Part shown: in pieces, positions 28,421 through 40,497 of the stretch
How positions within the stretch are numbered: position 1 is the first letter of the stretch
Layout: each line of letters starts with the position of its first letter
Assembly: GCA_051294375.1 (NCBI GenBank)
Contig: CM119266.1
Location: 20,872,780 to 20,936,779 of the forward strand
Length of the DNA stretch: 64,000 bases
Origin: Paraspadella gotoi
Taxonomy: Eukaryota; Animalia; Chaetognatha
Direction of reading: 5' to 3'
Notes under the pieces: generated by a model
What the model saw: the letters and a program-made list of their open reading frames with translations, nothing else
The model's database searches: none
What the model was told of the DNA's origin: nothing
Made by a program: the position numbers and the translations under genes

Positions 28421-29103
28421 AGAGAAGAAAAAGGGGAAAGTGAAAATTACTCGCGAATGTTCATTCGGTTCACTTAAGAACGAGTTTTTGAGAAAAACAA
28501 ACACAATCTCGATGGCAAAAAAACAAAAAAAAAACAAAACAAACAAGAGCCGTTGTCGTGGCAACGGAGTCCAAAACATGTTTATTCAAGCGGTTTACTT
28601 TTACGGGCGAGAGAACGGCGACGCGGCCGGGCGATGCGCGATTGCGTCCGGAGGGAGATGTCAGAAGGTCAAATTACAGCTTTGAGAAGGAAAAAATAAA
28701 AAGAAAACAAAAATTAATTTATAAATGTATAAATTATATAAAGTATTCAGAACATGGACGATAAAAGGACAAGATTTGAATAGAGACAAGAGACAAGCGA
28801 CAACGACGACAACGACGACAACAAACGATCGTCCAACAATCTGAGCGTCAAAGAAAATGAAAGGAGATCGAGTTCTCGTCTCAACCAAAATCCCTAATCA
28901 CCTCGTCAACGCAGGAGGAAGACGGTGGGCACGACGACGACGAAGACGACGACGATAACGGCGACGATAACGACGTTCCCTCCGTCGCCGTTGACGACCG
29001 AGAAAACAAAACATAAAAAAAACAAAAAGAAAACATTGAGGTCGACCAAGACTTTATCTCTGGTCAAAAGATCATGTCGCGGAGATGTGGTGGCTAGAGA
29101 TTA

Positions 29104-29187
<84 letters not shown>

Positions 29188-30568
29188 AGAATACGAGAGA
29201 GAGGAAGAAAAAGGAGTTCAAATTTATTTGACTAAAATTAGTTACAAAATTAGGTAAAAAACAGTCGACGAAAACCGAATATTTATTTTTGTTTCCAGCC
29301 AAAAAAACAGTGTTTTAATCTTTAAAACCTCAATCAAAAAACAAGAAAAACGAATTTGAAAGAAAATTTGTAAGACTCGGTGCGCTCGAAGGGATTACAA
29401 TAAGCGAAGTTGAAAAAATAAACTCAAAACATAGAAGTCAAATAAACGGAGTAAAAGTTCAATCGAATCTTAGTTTTCTTTTCTAAAAAGAAAAAAGAAA
29501 TCGTCAGAAAAGAAAGTCAGCGAAGGATCGATTCGAAAAAACCCTAAAAATAACGACTCTGTGACGGCGAGACCCTGAGGCGAACCTTATTCCTAGACCC
29601 CCTTTCCCTCGCCCGAGACAAATGTTCCGAGAGAGAAAAAAAACTTCTATTTTTCACGGCCATTTCAGATCGTAAAAAAAAATATGGGGAAATGTGACGG
29701 GATGTTATAAGAAGCGTGAATTCGAAACAACGGGAAACTGCGGCTCTAGGAATTCTTAGGCATAGGAAAAGCGACCGAGAAACATCCGATGATGCGCGCT
29801 CCTAAGTCTTTGCACGAAAGTGATCCGTTTTCACTGCAATTTACTGACTACTGACGATTTAGACATGCTCACGCGGCTCACGACTCGCGGCTCAAGAGTC
29901 ACGGGATCTATCTTAGTTTTTTTGTTTTTTTTTCAAGATGGCGACCGCATTTTCGAATTCGAGGCGGAAGCGATCTTTTGCGCGGGAAGAGAAAAAGGCG
30001 CTTGAGCGAAACGTTTTTTTTTTTTGTGAAGCGGAAAAACGAAATGTTTCTTTTTTCGGCGAAAGTGAAAGGAAGAGGAAAAGAATTTCACCGGCCTGAT
30101 GTGATGGGGAAAAAAATGGGGAGAGGAGGAAAGAAGATGTGAGAGGAAAGAAAGAAATTGAAACGAAAGATGAAAGAAAATAAGAATTACAAGAATATAT
30201 ACGAAATGGAGAATCGATTGTTGTTGTCGAGATATTACGAAATTTTATCTTCTCCGATATATTTTAAAAATTTGTGAAAAGATGCACTTAACAATCGACA
30301 AAGACGCTATGAGAACGGTTACACTTTTGCTATATCTTTTCCCAAAATTTCAATTCCTTAGGTGAAGGAAAGAGAGACGCACCGTCAACACCGACCCCCA
30401 CCATCGCTGAAAGTTGCTGTGGCTGAGGCTTTCTTTTTTTGTGCTAAAATTGGCAACATCAGAATTGCAGAGTGAAAAAGTTCAATCTCAATATCAGCGA
30501 AGAAAATGTCACGAGTGGAATTGCATGGAAAGATATCAGGACTAATATTAATATAATTATAATAATAT

Positions 30569-30623
<55 letters not shown>

Positions 30624-30625
30624 TT

Positions 30626-30713
<88 letters not shown>

Positions 30714-31654
30714 TCCGTTTTAAAGGAAATTGGGATATAATAATTTTTCAAAATTTCAAATCCTTTTTTAAAAACACGAAATTAAATTTATTAATGAATA
30801 TTATCATACTAAAAGTTTTATCGAAAAGTTCCGCTCGAAAAAAAAAGAAAAAAGAAAAACCAAACAGAGCTTGCCTTCGTCCGAGAAAATTGGCGATGAT
30901 GGTTTAGTGCCTAAAGGTCAAGCGACCAGAGCCAAAAGCGGATCGCAGCCTCGTTTTCGAAAAACTTTATCATCCTACCCCCAGCCGGCCCCCCTTCTTT
31001 CCACTTCTTTTCTTCACATCCCTCCTCCTCCTCACTTGGCAAGCCTCCGCCGGTGGCTCGGCCGCTGGCACGTGCCGATCCTCCTCCTCGCTGTCTCACT
31101 TCCTTTCCTCCTCCTTATAATCGTCCCTTCCTGCCTCTCCTCGTCTCTGTCCAGGGATCGGACGCAAGATCGAGAAGAAACCTCATAATCTGTCGTGTCT
31201 CTTTGGTTGTCTTTCTTTCGGGCTTCTGGACCTGTACTTGTGGAAAGAAATTTATTGCCACGATTTGGTTTGGCAGGGGGATTCTGACCTTTCCGAAGAG
31301 TGGCTGATTCCAATCTTTAGTTTGACTCTGTATATTTAGTTACGATAATTATATATAATCATATCTATATTATTTATACGGTATCCGTAGTATCTTAAAA
31401 ACTGAAATACCTGTCCATAACTCATAAAATAAATTATAAATGAATATCAATTAATAAAATTATTTAATTTAAAATAAACGACTTTTAAAGAACTTACCGA
31501 ATTATGACTACCTTACCTCTTACCTTACTTACTTACCTTATTCTTTTATTTAATTTTTCTCTTAAAATATTTACGAAAGAGGTCCTACTGGGAGAAGAGC
31601 AAGAACGACTAAAAAACAAAAGACATGGATTCAGTTAGAAAAAAATGTATGAGG

Positions 31655-31765
31655 ATATGAAATTGGTACACCCAATATAAAAATTATTCCATTCATTTAA
31701 TAAATAAGCTATCTTCGCCCCTGACTTTGGACAGGCTTGGTGTGTTTAAGGCCTCCATCACTCTT
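31655..31765 (-). mobile_element. Family A repeat copy (partial)
   Basis: ccaatataaaaattattccattcatttaataaataagctatctt.gcccctgactttggacaggct..tttaaggcctccatcactctt. Confidence 0.7.
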
Positions 31766-33329
31766 GCCGTCCCACGTACGATCGACGTCCTTTAGATAAC
31801 GATTTCTGAACTTAAATAATTACCATCTCTTTTTGATCTCAGTGATTAGTGTGAAGTTTTCTTTATTTAAAAAACGGTTTGCTATGGTTCTCATTCTTCA
31901 TTTACCTAGTACTGTTCAGTTAAATTTCATTGAGTAAAATATGGTAAGACATGATTTCTTCGGAATTATCAATCTAATCCTCATTAACAACCTAATTTGA
32001 GATGAAAGTATGATGATTTTTATTGTGTACAACAACTTTAAAGATCAAATTCCTCCTTTTAATTTTTGGGCTTTTATTTACACAAAACTTTTCAGACAAG
32101 ATGCCACATTATCTGATACATTTGTTTTTCTTTCATACCGTTTCCCTGATTCTCTTTCTTCATCTCTTTTCTTCTCTGTGTTTCTCTTATTTATCTTCCT
32201 CTTTCCTCCCCTACTTTCACGCCCGCTAACTTACTTCTCCTCATGACCCTACCTTTCTCTGCCCCACTATTTCACTTTCCTCTATCCTTTTTTATTGCCT
32301 TCTCTCCTTTCTCTTTCTTTTCCCCTCTTTTCCCCCTCTTTTCTTTCCTCTTTCCCTTCTTTCCGCCTTTCCTTTATCTCCCTTATTTTTTTCTCCTTTG
32401 CCTTCTTTTTTATGCTTTTCCCCTTTCTCTCTCATTCTCCCTTCTCCTTTTTCCTTGTTCTCCCTTCATGTTCCCCCCACTACTTTTCTGCCTTTACATT
32501 GAGCCAAATCAATAGAAATTTTTAAATCCATTATAAGAAAAGAAATTTACGGTATTTCATGATTTTTCTTTCAATTTTGGTTGCCTGGGCACAAATTTAG
32601 TAAATCGACAGATTTGCGCGAAAATATTTCCGCAAAATCTGTCGATTTGAGAAAAAACAAGTCCTGACGCTTTCCATTTGGTTAAAAGGATGCGCGTTTT
32701 TTTTGTTTTATTAACGTCAGTATGTTCCTGAACTGTTAAAACACTATAATAAATTTAAAATCTTATCTTATTAAAATAAATGCAAGTCACAAAAAGTCAC
32801 AAATTAATTGTCTCGTCTTTAAAAAATTATCTATGGCTAAACGAAATGAGTTTTTTGGATAATTTTGTAGGTGTTAAAAGCTATTCTGTGGGTGTATTTT
32901 CTGTTAGTTTAAGCCAATTTAAACTATTTTTGTTTAAAAATTAATAAAAACTAAACTGCGACTTTGACTTGTCAACTTTAAATTAATTCATAAGTGAACT
33001 ATGAATGATATAAGGAAATATATTTTACTCAGGGCGTGAAGGAAGATAAGGAAGAAGAGGAACCAGAAATAATAAAATAATCTCAACTTTCCGGCATTCA
33101 AATTGAAGACGAAAGTGAAAATGGCGAGAAATGGACATGATTTTTTTCCTAAAAGTTGCAAAAAATTTACTCTTATATATTAGAAATAGCTGGAGATGGT
33201 TTTTAACTAATCCATTTTGGCCTAATTTATATTATGGGCAATTTAAATTTTATTTTGTTAATAGTAAAACTGAACAATACTGGAAAAAACTAGTTTTATT
33301 CTGAATGCGAGGATTGTATAGCAGAGGCT

Positions 33330-33760
33330 CTACAGATTAAGACATAGCACCGGGTCCCTGCAAGCTTTCAATCAAGACTCTCTCACCAGTCTCGTTTATT
33401 CACTCCCAGAGTACCTGGCTTCCCTATCAATGAAGTGGTATAAATTTCAAAGAATTGTTTCAATTGTATGAAAAGACCACTCCCTTAAGTATTAGATCGG
33501 GGGAATACTTATTGTATTCCGCACTAGCATCAAAATACAAGGAGCTGAATTTTATAAAATTGTTACAACCAATATAAAAATTATCCATTCAATCTAATAA
33601 ATAAGCTATCTTGCCCCTGACTTTGGACAGGCTGTTGGTGGTTTAAGGCCTCCATCACTCTTACAAGATAATGACATAGCAGGTCCCTGCAAGCTTCAAT
33701 CAAGACTCTCTCACAGTCTCGTTTATTCACTCCCAGAGTACCTGGCTCTCCCTATCACGA
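33330..33760 (-). mobile_element. Two adjacent family A repeat copies
   Basis: The block caagctt.caatcaagactctctcac.agtctcgtttattcactcccagagtacctggct.ccctatca occurs twice (~33360-33430 and ~33690-33758). Confidence 0.75.
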
Positions 33761-34362
33761 TCAAATATAATTTTAGAGGGACCGGATTAAATTTTAAAAA
33801 AAATGAATTTGTAAGAAGATGGTCATTGGACGTTCAAAAGAGTTTAATATGAAATTCACCATTTATTGTAGATTAATTGCATTTAACATGTCTAGGAAAT
33901 TCAAAATTACAACAATTCCAAACAATTTTCAAAATTCAAAATTTCAAATTCAAAATTCTCAAAATTCAAAATTCAAAATTCAAAATTCAACCTAAGATTT
34001 CCCCCTGCCCAAGCATGTTTTAATACAGCATTTAACTTGTCACGAAACTAAAACAAATAATTTAATGTTATATAATAACACCTTTTACCTTGGATTCATG
34101 ACAATCGAATTGTAAAATGAAGCGAATTCGAAGATAAAGCGATCAATAAAGTAATGAGACGACGACCGAATCAACTGTATAAACAAAGTTTCCATCAAGC
34201 AAATTTGACGAGAATGTCACGCCTGCATCCCTGGACGTGACGTTTCGAGTCAAAACCAATCCATTAGGTTCGAGTTTCGATAAAAACTTTACTTTTCATT
34301 TGCTCTCCCTTCCCAAAAGTATTTAAAGGCCTCTGGCTTACCGCGACTTCGTTTTGAACAAA

Positions 34363-37300
34363 ATGGAAACGGCAAAAGGTAAGCGTTTCAATTGTCAGGT
34401 ATGTAGAATATTGAACAATTTTTTGGTTTTTTTGTTTTACGAATGTCAATAAATGAATAATTATTGAGTGTAATTCTCTTCAAGTTTTCGACGTGACCGG
34501 ATCTGCCTTAGCGCCCTCTTCGGAGGAGCGAAAAAAATATGAAAACGCGAACGAGAAACCGGAAGAAGAAGAAAAGGAAGAAGTGAACAACGGAACGCCG
34601 AAAGCTTTGCTAATTCTTTGTGAGTTTTCTTGCTCTTTTGTTTGTCTTTTAATATTCTAAGTTTTAAAGCGCGCATGTCTTTCTCTCAGCGGTGATCGGC
34701 TGCGCGAGCGCATTGGTTGACGCTACCTTCGACTGGCTCGTCGCCATAGAAACCACGGTGTCTCTTAAGAAAGAAAAAATCTTTGGCGACGTTTTTGTTC
34801 ACGAGCATCACTTGGGTCAGACATCGGGGTCATGAAGTTTTTTTCTTTGAAGACATTCTTCACCTTGTATGCTTTCCCTTTAAAGGCATCGCCATGATCG
34901 CCTTCCTAATCATTTCCGGTTTTCGCGTCGCCTTCTTCGAGCTGAGATCCTTCAGCGCCTCCTCGCGCGTCTTTTTAGCGGCGCTCTCGACGCCGCTGGC
35001 GCCACTTTTCGGCATTGGTCACCGACTGAGAGTCATCTACAGGATCTTCCGTCTGCCGGAGTAGGGCTGACTAGAGTCGTTTTCAAAATTCAATGTGCAA
35101 TGTACAAAGTTATCTAATTCATCGCCATTTTTTTTTGTGACAAGCGCCGTCGCTGTACGCGAAGATCACGTGATCAGCTCCATTTCCAAGCGTCTCTTCG
35201 AATTGACTGTCATGGAGGCGATGTGGGAGAGCGGGCCTCAACTCCTTCTCACTTGCTTCAAAATAGGCAATTTTTTTAACAAAATCAACTTTTCATTTTT
35301 TACTCATTATTATTATACTCCCTGTGCTCGTGATGACGTTTAAAAAAATCCGTGACTTGTGGCGGTATATTCACACCGCCTCACGTCCACTAAACTTCTG
35401 CCAAAATCCATTGGCTCAGAGGGGAACACACCATCCCAGGCGTTACAGTTCCATCCACAGTCCATCGACTTCCCTCTGCGTTGGCAAAGCGACACCGTCC
35501 TAGGGGTAACCGCGCCAGTGACTGAGGCGTCACTAGAGTCGGAAGCCGCAAAGCCAACAGTGTGATACCCCATCCCAATGGGCATCACAGGCAACCCGGC
35601 TGTTGCCATAGACTCTTGTTGTTATTATACTGAACTATGATTTTTTTTTGGTAATGTTATAAATCCTGACAACAAAAGAAGTGACAATATTCCAAAATGT
35701 CCCCGTCCCCGTCCCCGTCCCCGTCCCCCTCCCTGTCCCCGTCCCCGTCCCCGTCCCCTTCCCCTTCCCGTCCCCGTCCCTTCCCCGTCTCAGGATTGGG
35801 CCCACAAAGTCAATCTCCTCGAATTCCTCTCCATTTGCTCTTCCGCCTTCGGTCTCTCGTGGTCCCTCGTCTCCGCCTACGACAAATGGCGTCGGTTGGC
35901 GCGCGCGTCGCCGCTTCCGGCCTCTCGTTCGGTGGCGATGAGCGCCGCCGTGGCGGTGGTGATCCTCGGCGCCGTTCAAACGAGCGCCGTCTTCAGCGTG
36001 GAGAGCGAGCGAGACGGCATCTTCGTTCCGACGAGCGAAAACGAGGCCGCCGAGCCGGACCGCACCACGCCGGGCCTGCTATTCCTGATGATGCTGATGC
36101 CTTTGACGGCGCTGTACCTGGCGCTGGCGTCGGTGCCGCAGCTGACGCTGGCCTTCGTTCCGCTCAGCGCGGAGACGCTGCACGCGCTCTCGTCGCCCAT
36201 GAGCGGCTTGACGCTGGCGGCCCGTCTTTGCCCCCTTTTCTTTCTCTTCTTCGTCAACTCGTTCGCTTCCGTCGTTTTCGTCTACAGGGACAACTACCCC
36301 ATCGACGACGAGAGCGAAATCTTTTTGACGGATTCCTTCTTCAAGGTGAAGATATCATATTGGATTATATTTATTTAATGTCCTTTTGGAACTTTTTATG
36401 TTAACTAATGGATGGAATAGATCTCATAGGTCTAATAAACATATATTGTTTTCACTTTTAATTTAGATGACATAGATCACATTAACTATATAATATATAT
36501 ATAGTAGTACATATTGTAGTATATATTGTTGTCACTTGTTCTTTTTCAATCAATTATAATTAATTTACTAAACGAAAAAAGTTTTGGGTGTCAACAACGA
36601 TTACAATTTTTTTCCTCGGTCTTGTTTCGACTAAGTTCTTCCACTTCGTCAATTGAGATTGTGATTGTCACCAAAATAAATTGTTTTCGTTTACTATTTC
36701 AAACGCAACGAATCGAAAGTTGATATTCAATTTAAATTATTTTTTTTTAACAAAAAAATTCTTCAAGGTGGAATGTCCGTGGGAGGCTTTGCCAGATACG
36801 ATCTGCAGAGTTCTGTGGAAGAAGATGGATTATAAAGTCAGTTACGGAAGGTGTGAAAAAAAAAGAAGATTTTACACGTTGCACTCGAGCTCGCCTCATT
36901 TTTATAATCATCCTATTAACATCCTTTTAAGGCGATACTTTATATTTTACCAACTGATTTGGTTGTGCTTCACAATCGCCGCCTTCGTCTCCCTCAGTTT
37001 CTTCATCATAATTTTCCGTGAAAACAATGGACAAACTCTCTTTCGATCGCTTTACGTCAACAAGCTGGTGGAGAAGAGCAAAGCTTATTTGAAAAGGATG
37101 AAGGAAGTGAGAAAAGGAGTTTCGATTAACCTCAGCGAACAAAAAAAAACCCATATTTAATTTATTGTATTCCAGATGAACCGATGGAAAGGACTACACA
37201 AAGAAATCGGGGATGTCGAGAGAGAAATTTGCAGGCTCGGCGACAAAGAGAAACTTCTCGCAGGTTTTGTCTTCCATCTAAATCGTTTGAAATTTAAATT

Positions 37301-39386
37301 TAAGATTTAATTTCGATTCAGATTTTGACGACGGCGATCACCAGCTCAACTATCTTTTGGGTTTAATCGCCAACGCGGCAAACGCCACCTACGTCGACCA
37401 CGATTTGACCCGCTTTCTCAGTTCCAAACATCTGAAGACCAGCTCGAAAGAAGATCGACCGTCGACCCCACGAGGGAAGGAGTCGCTCGGGCAACGCGCT
37501 CGCCGTTGGCTGCTCCTCGCCGCCGTGCCCGCCATCTACGCCGTCGAGCTGACGGTCTGCTCGGCCGCCGTTTATTCACTGACCACCCGGTGTCCGCGGG
37601 GATTCGGTCAATTCCTTCCCGTCCGCGGCGACTGCTTCGCCTTTCGCGGAGACGCCGGGTTTTTGAGCTACGAGTCGGCAAGGGAGGCGTGTCGAAGAGA
37701 GGACGGGATGTTGGCTGAGGTGTATTCGAAGAAAGACTTGGACGTGATACAAGTGAGGTTATGTGAACTATAAAAATATAGGGAGTGGAAGAGGTCTTTT
37801 ATACCATTGAAACATTCTTTGAATTATTATACCACTTCATTGATAGAGAAGCCTGGCACTTTGGGAGTGAGAGAGAGTGAGAGAGAGACTGTGAGAGAGT
37901 CTTTATTGAAAACTTGTAAAAGTGATGGAGGCCTTAAACCACCATAGCCTATCCGAAGTCAGGGGCAAGATAGCTTATTTATTAAATGAATGGACTATTT
38001 TATATTGGTTTTAGCAATTTCATATTAAATTCATATTTTCCTTTCTTTCATTCTAACCCTAGCAATATCTGGCCCACGTTCTCAATCACTCGCGCTCATT
38101 TTGGATCGGGCTGACTCGTCGCCCCTGGTCGCCGTTTATCGTCGAAAAGTTCGCGGAGAAAAAAACTTTTCGTGAGCTTGTCTGGAACTCGACAGACATG
38201 ACCCCTAAGTACGCCATCCCCTGGCAGGCGGGGAATCCGAGCAAGGACGGCGATTGCGTAGAGGGATATCTGGCGTCGGTAAGTATTAATGCTTTCATCT
38301 TTTATAAAAAAAAGAAAAGAGGCTTACACATTAAATAATGTATATAGTATACATATACATTGCTTTTCGACTTTCTTTTCTTTGCGTTTTAAATTTAGAG
38401 AAAACGAAGTTTTATTTGTTACAAACAACTATAAAAAAATCGTTATTTTTAAAAAGAAAACTTTGTAAACAATTTATACGTAAAAGATAACAAATTTAAA
38501 CTGCGAGACTTTTTTGGTTTCTGGTCCAGACAACAGGGAAGTTCCTCTTCAACGACATGAATTGCTCCTGCATCAATTGCGTGGGCGCCTACCTTTGCGA
38601 GTATGTCGGGAAGGAACGCCTCTCTGCAATGGAACGCCCCAAATTTCCAGAGTGTCCACCGACTTTTCAGGATTTCGTCTTCGAAGAATCTTGTTATCAT
38701 TACGAGGCAAATATGGAAGAGGTCTAGTTTTATGTTTTATTTACCTTAAGTTATAAAACAAACATTGCCCCCCGCGAAATTTGACAAGAGGTAAAAAAAT
38801 GAATTAAAAAAATGCGCTAATTTACATTGGGGAAAAAAGTATATTGAAAGTATACTACAATTTTTTTAAAAAGAACTAAAAATCTAAACCGTTTGCTATT
38901 TTGTTTTCTTTTCGAAATAAAGACCTCTGCCGGCTGCGGCCTTTGGTGGATCAGCGCCCAGGAGAAGTGCCTCGACAACGGGGGACACTTGGCCGTCATG
39001 GAGACCCCTGCGGAGTGGAAGGTCGTCAAGAAGTTCCTGCTGCTAGAAGAATCGAAAGGCGGGAAAGGCTGGATCGGGGCCAAGCTGACTCAAGCCCAGT
39101 GGGTCAACGGGGTTGAATGGACTAACAAATCGGGATTTGGCCTTTTTAAGGATGGTGAGGAAAAAGAAGAATTGCAAGAAAACGAAATTAATTTAAGAAC
39201 GTTTAAATTTTTTTTTTACGAGGTGAACTGACCGACATGAGGCGAGGGGATTGTCTCATCACTGTCCCGTCAGATGTCATGAACGGTGATTACGACTTGG
39301 GTTGGTTCTTTGCTAAATGCAAGTACGGCCTTCCTTTTCTCTGCGAATGGAACGCCAGTTTTGAGAAGACGAATCGAACTATTTAA
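34363..39386 (+). CDS. XK-related (Xkr scramblase-like) multi-pass membrane protein with two C-terminal C-type lectin domains
   Basis: Phase-compatible exons: 34363-34378, 34485-34619, 34690-34815, 34886-35060, 35145-~35266 (donor unresolved), 35794-36345, 36768-36850, 36932-37106, 37176-37263, 37322-37752, 38063-38278, 38530-38721, 38923-39154, 39223-39386 (TAA). XK-like motifs: LVDATFDWLVA, LTVMEAMWESGPQLLL, SICSSAFGLSWSLVSAY. CTLD1: CPRGF..GDCFAF..SYESAREACRREDGMLA..FWIGL..WQAGNP..DCV..YLCE. CTLD2: CPPTF..SCYHY..WISAQEKCLDNGGHLA..WIGA..WVNG..DCL..W...C...LPFLCE. Confidence 0.78.
35342..35608 (-). ncRNA. Candidate structured non-coding RNA (or structured SINE), antisense within an intron of the XK-lectin gene
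   Basis: GC-richer island made almost entirely of consecutive hairpins. G-U pairs favour the minus strand, it ends in a T7 run, and GTATAATAA lies ~15-20 nt upstream. Family not recognised. Confidence 0.45.
35699..35790 (+). repeat. (GTCCCC)n hexamer tract directly before a CAG acceptor
   Basis: About 14 degenerate units ending at the 35793 acceptor. Confidence 0.85.
37800..38025 (+). mobile_element. Family A repeat copy (intronic)
   Basis: ataccacttcattgatag..gggagtga..gtgagagagtc..gtgatggagggccttaaaccaccatagcct.tcc.aagtcaggggcaagatagcttatttattaaatgaatgga. Confidence 0.75.
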
Positions 39387-40497
39387 TGTAATGTAAGACA
39401 AAAACACTATGCTATTCACGCGCCTGTCAATACATACTTAGCGAGATTAATCTGGTTTAAATTTAAATTGAAAAAGTATACTATAACTGTATTCAATTTC
39501 TTGACTTTCTTTTTCGAGAGTAGATCTTTTTAACTAGTAAAAATGCCATAAAAAAGGTTTTATGATCACATTAGAATTTAAGCATTAAAATATTTTGAGA
39601 AAAAAAGTACAGTGAGAGATTTACCAAATATAAGGGGATAAGGTCAAAATAAAAGGGTCAAATCGATAGAAGGAGATGTCTGAATAACTCAGTGAAATTT
39701 TCATTGGCCAAGTTGACTGGAAAAACCTAAAATAATCCTAATCGAATTATATACTCGGCCCCGGTACGAACTCTAACAATTTAGGGTCACGTAAAATTTT
39801 TTTAATGATTTCGGCTCTTGCTTAAAGCGCGCGGTACAAAAAAGTAGTAAAATCTGTAAAGTTTCTGATTTTGAATTTAACACGATTTAATTATTTTTTT
39901 TTTAAATCGACTTAATATAAATAAACATCCATTTTGATACTCAAAAGTTAAAATTTTTTAAAGTTTCCTTTCGATGCAACGACATCAACCGCTCTCTCAC
40001 CTTCAATTTCTTGAGAAAATATTTGCTTTTACAAGCAGCCTCTCAGAAATTCAAAGTGAACCAGTTGAAAAATGATCCGCGTTAAAATTGTTTAAAATAA
40101 AAAAAATTCTAGATTAATCCATTGAACGCTTGATAGCTCGTGAAAAGATTTCACTAAAAGAAGAAGAACTCAACAAATTCACACTTACATCTCGATCTGT
40201 GTACGAGAACGTGAGCGAAGAGATTTGTGTTTTAATCGAAAATAAATAAAAAATGTGGAGCTTTTCATCTGAGCTTTCGTTTTTCACCAACCTTTTCCGT
40301 CAATGTAAAGATTTTTAACTCTCAACAATAGACGTCGTTGATCTATATACTACTTCGTGTATCTACTGCCATCTTACAGTCCATTCGCCATTTTACTGCC
40401 ATCCATTTTACCAATTTAACTAAATACTGCCATCTCTTTTCATCGATCCGTCTCTATTCTCCCACCGGAATCCATACCCAGATACCACAGCACGATC

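Noticed and set aside
30871-31313. GC-richer stretch with short ORFs, possibly a retroelement remnant
   Set aside because: No recognisable reverse transcriptase, endonuclease or transposase motif.
35330-35633. Plus-strand C/D box snoRNA (GTGATGA ... CTGA)
   Set aside because: About 300 nt with no terminal stem, and the G-U pairing pattern favours the minus strand.
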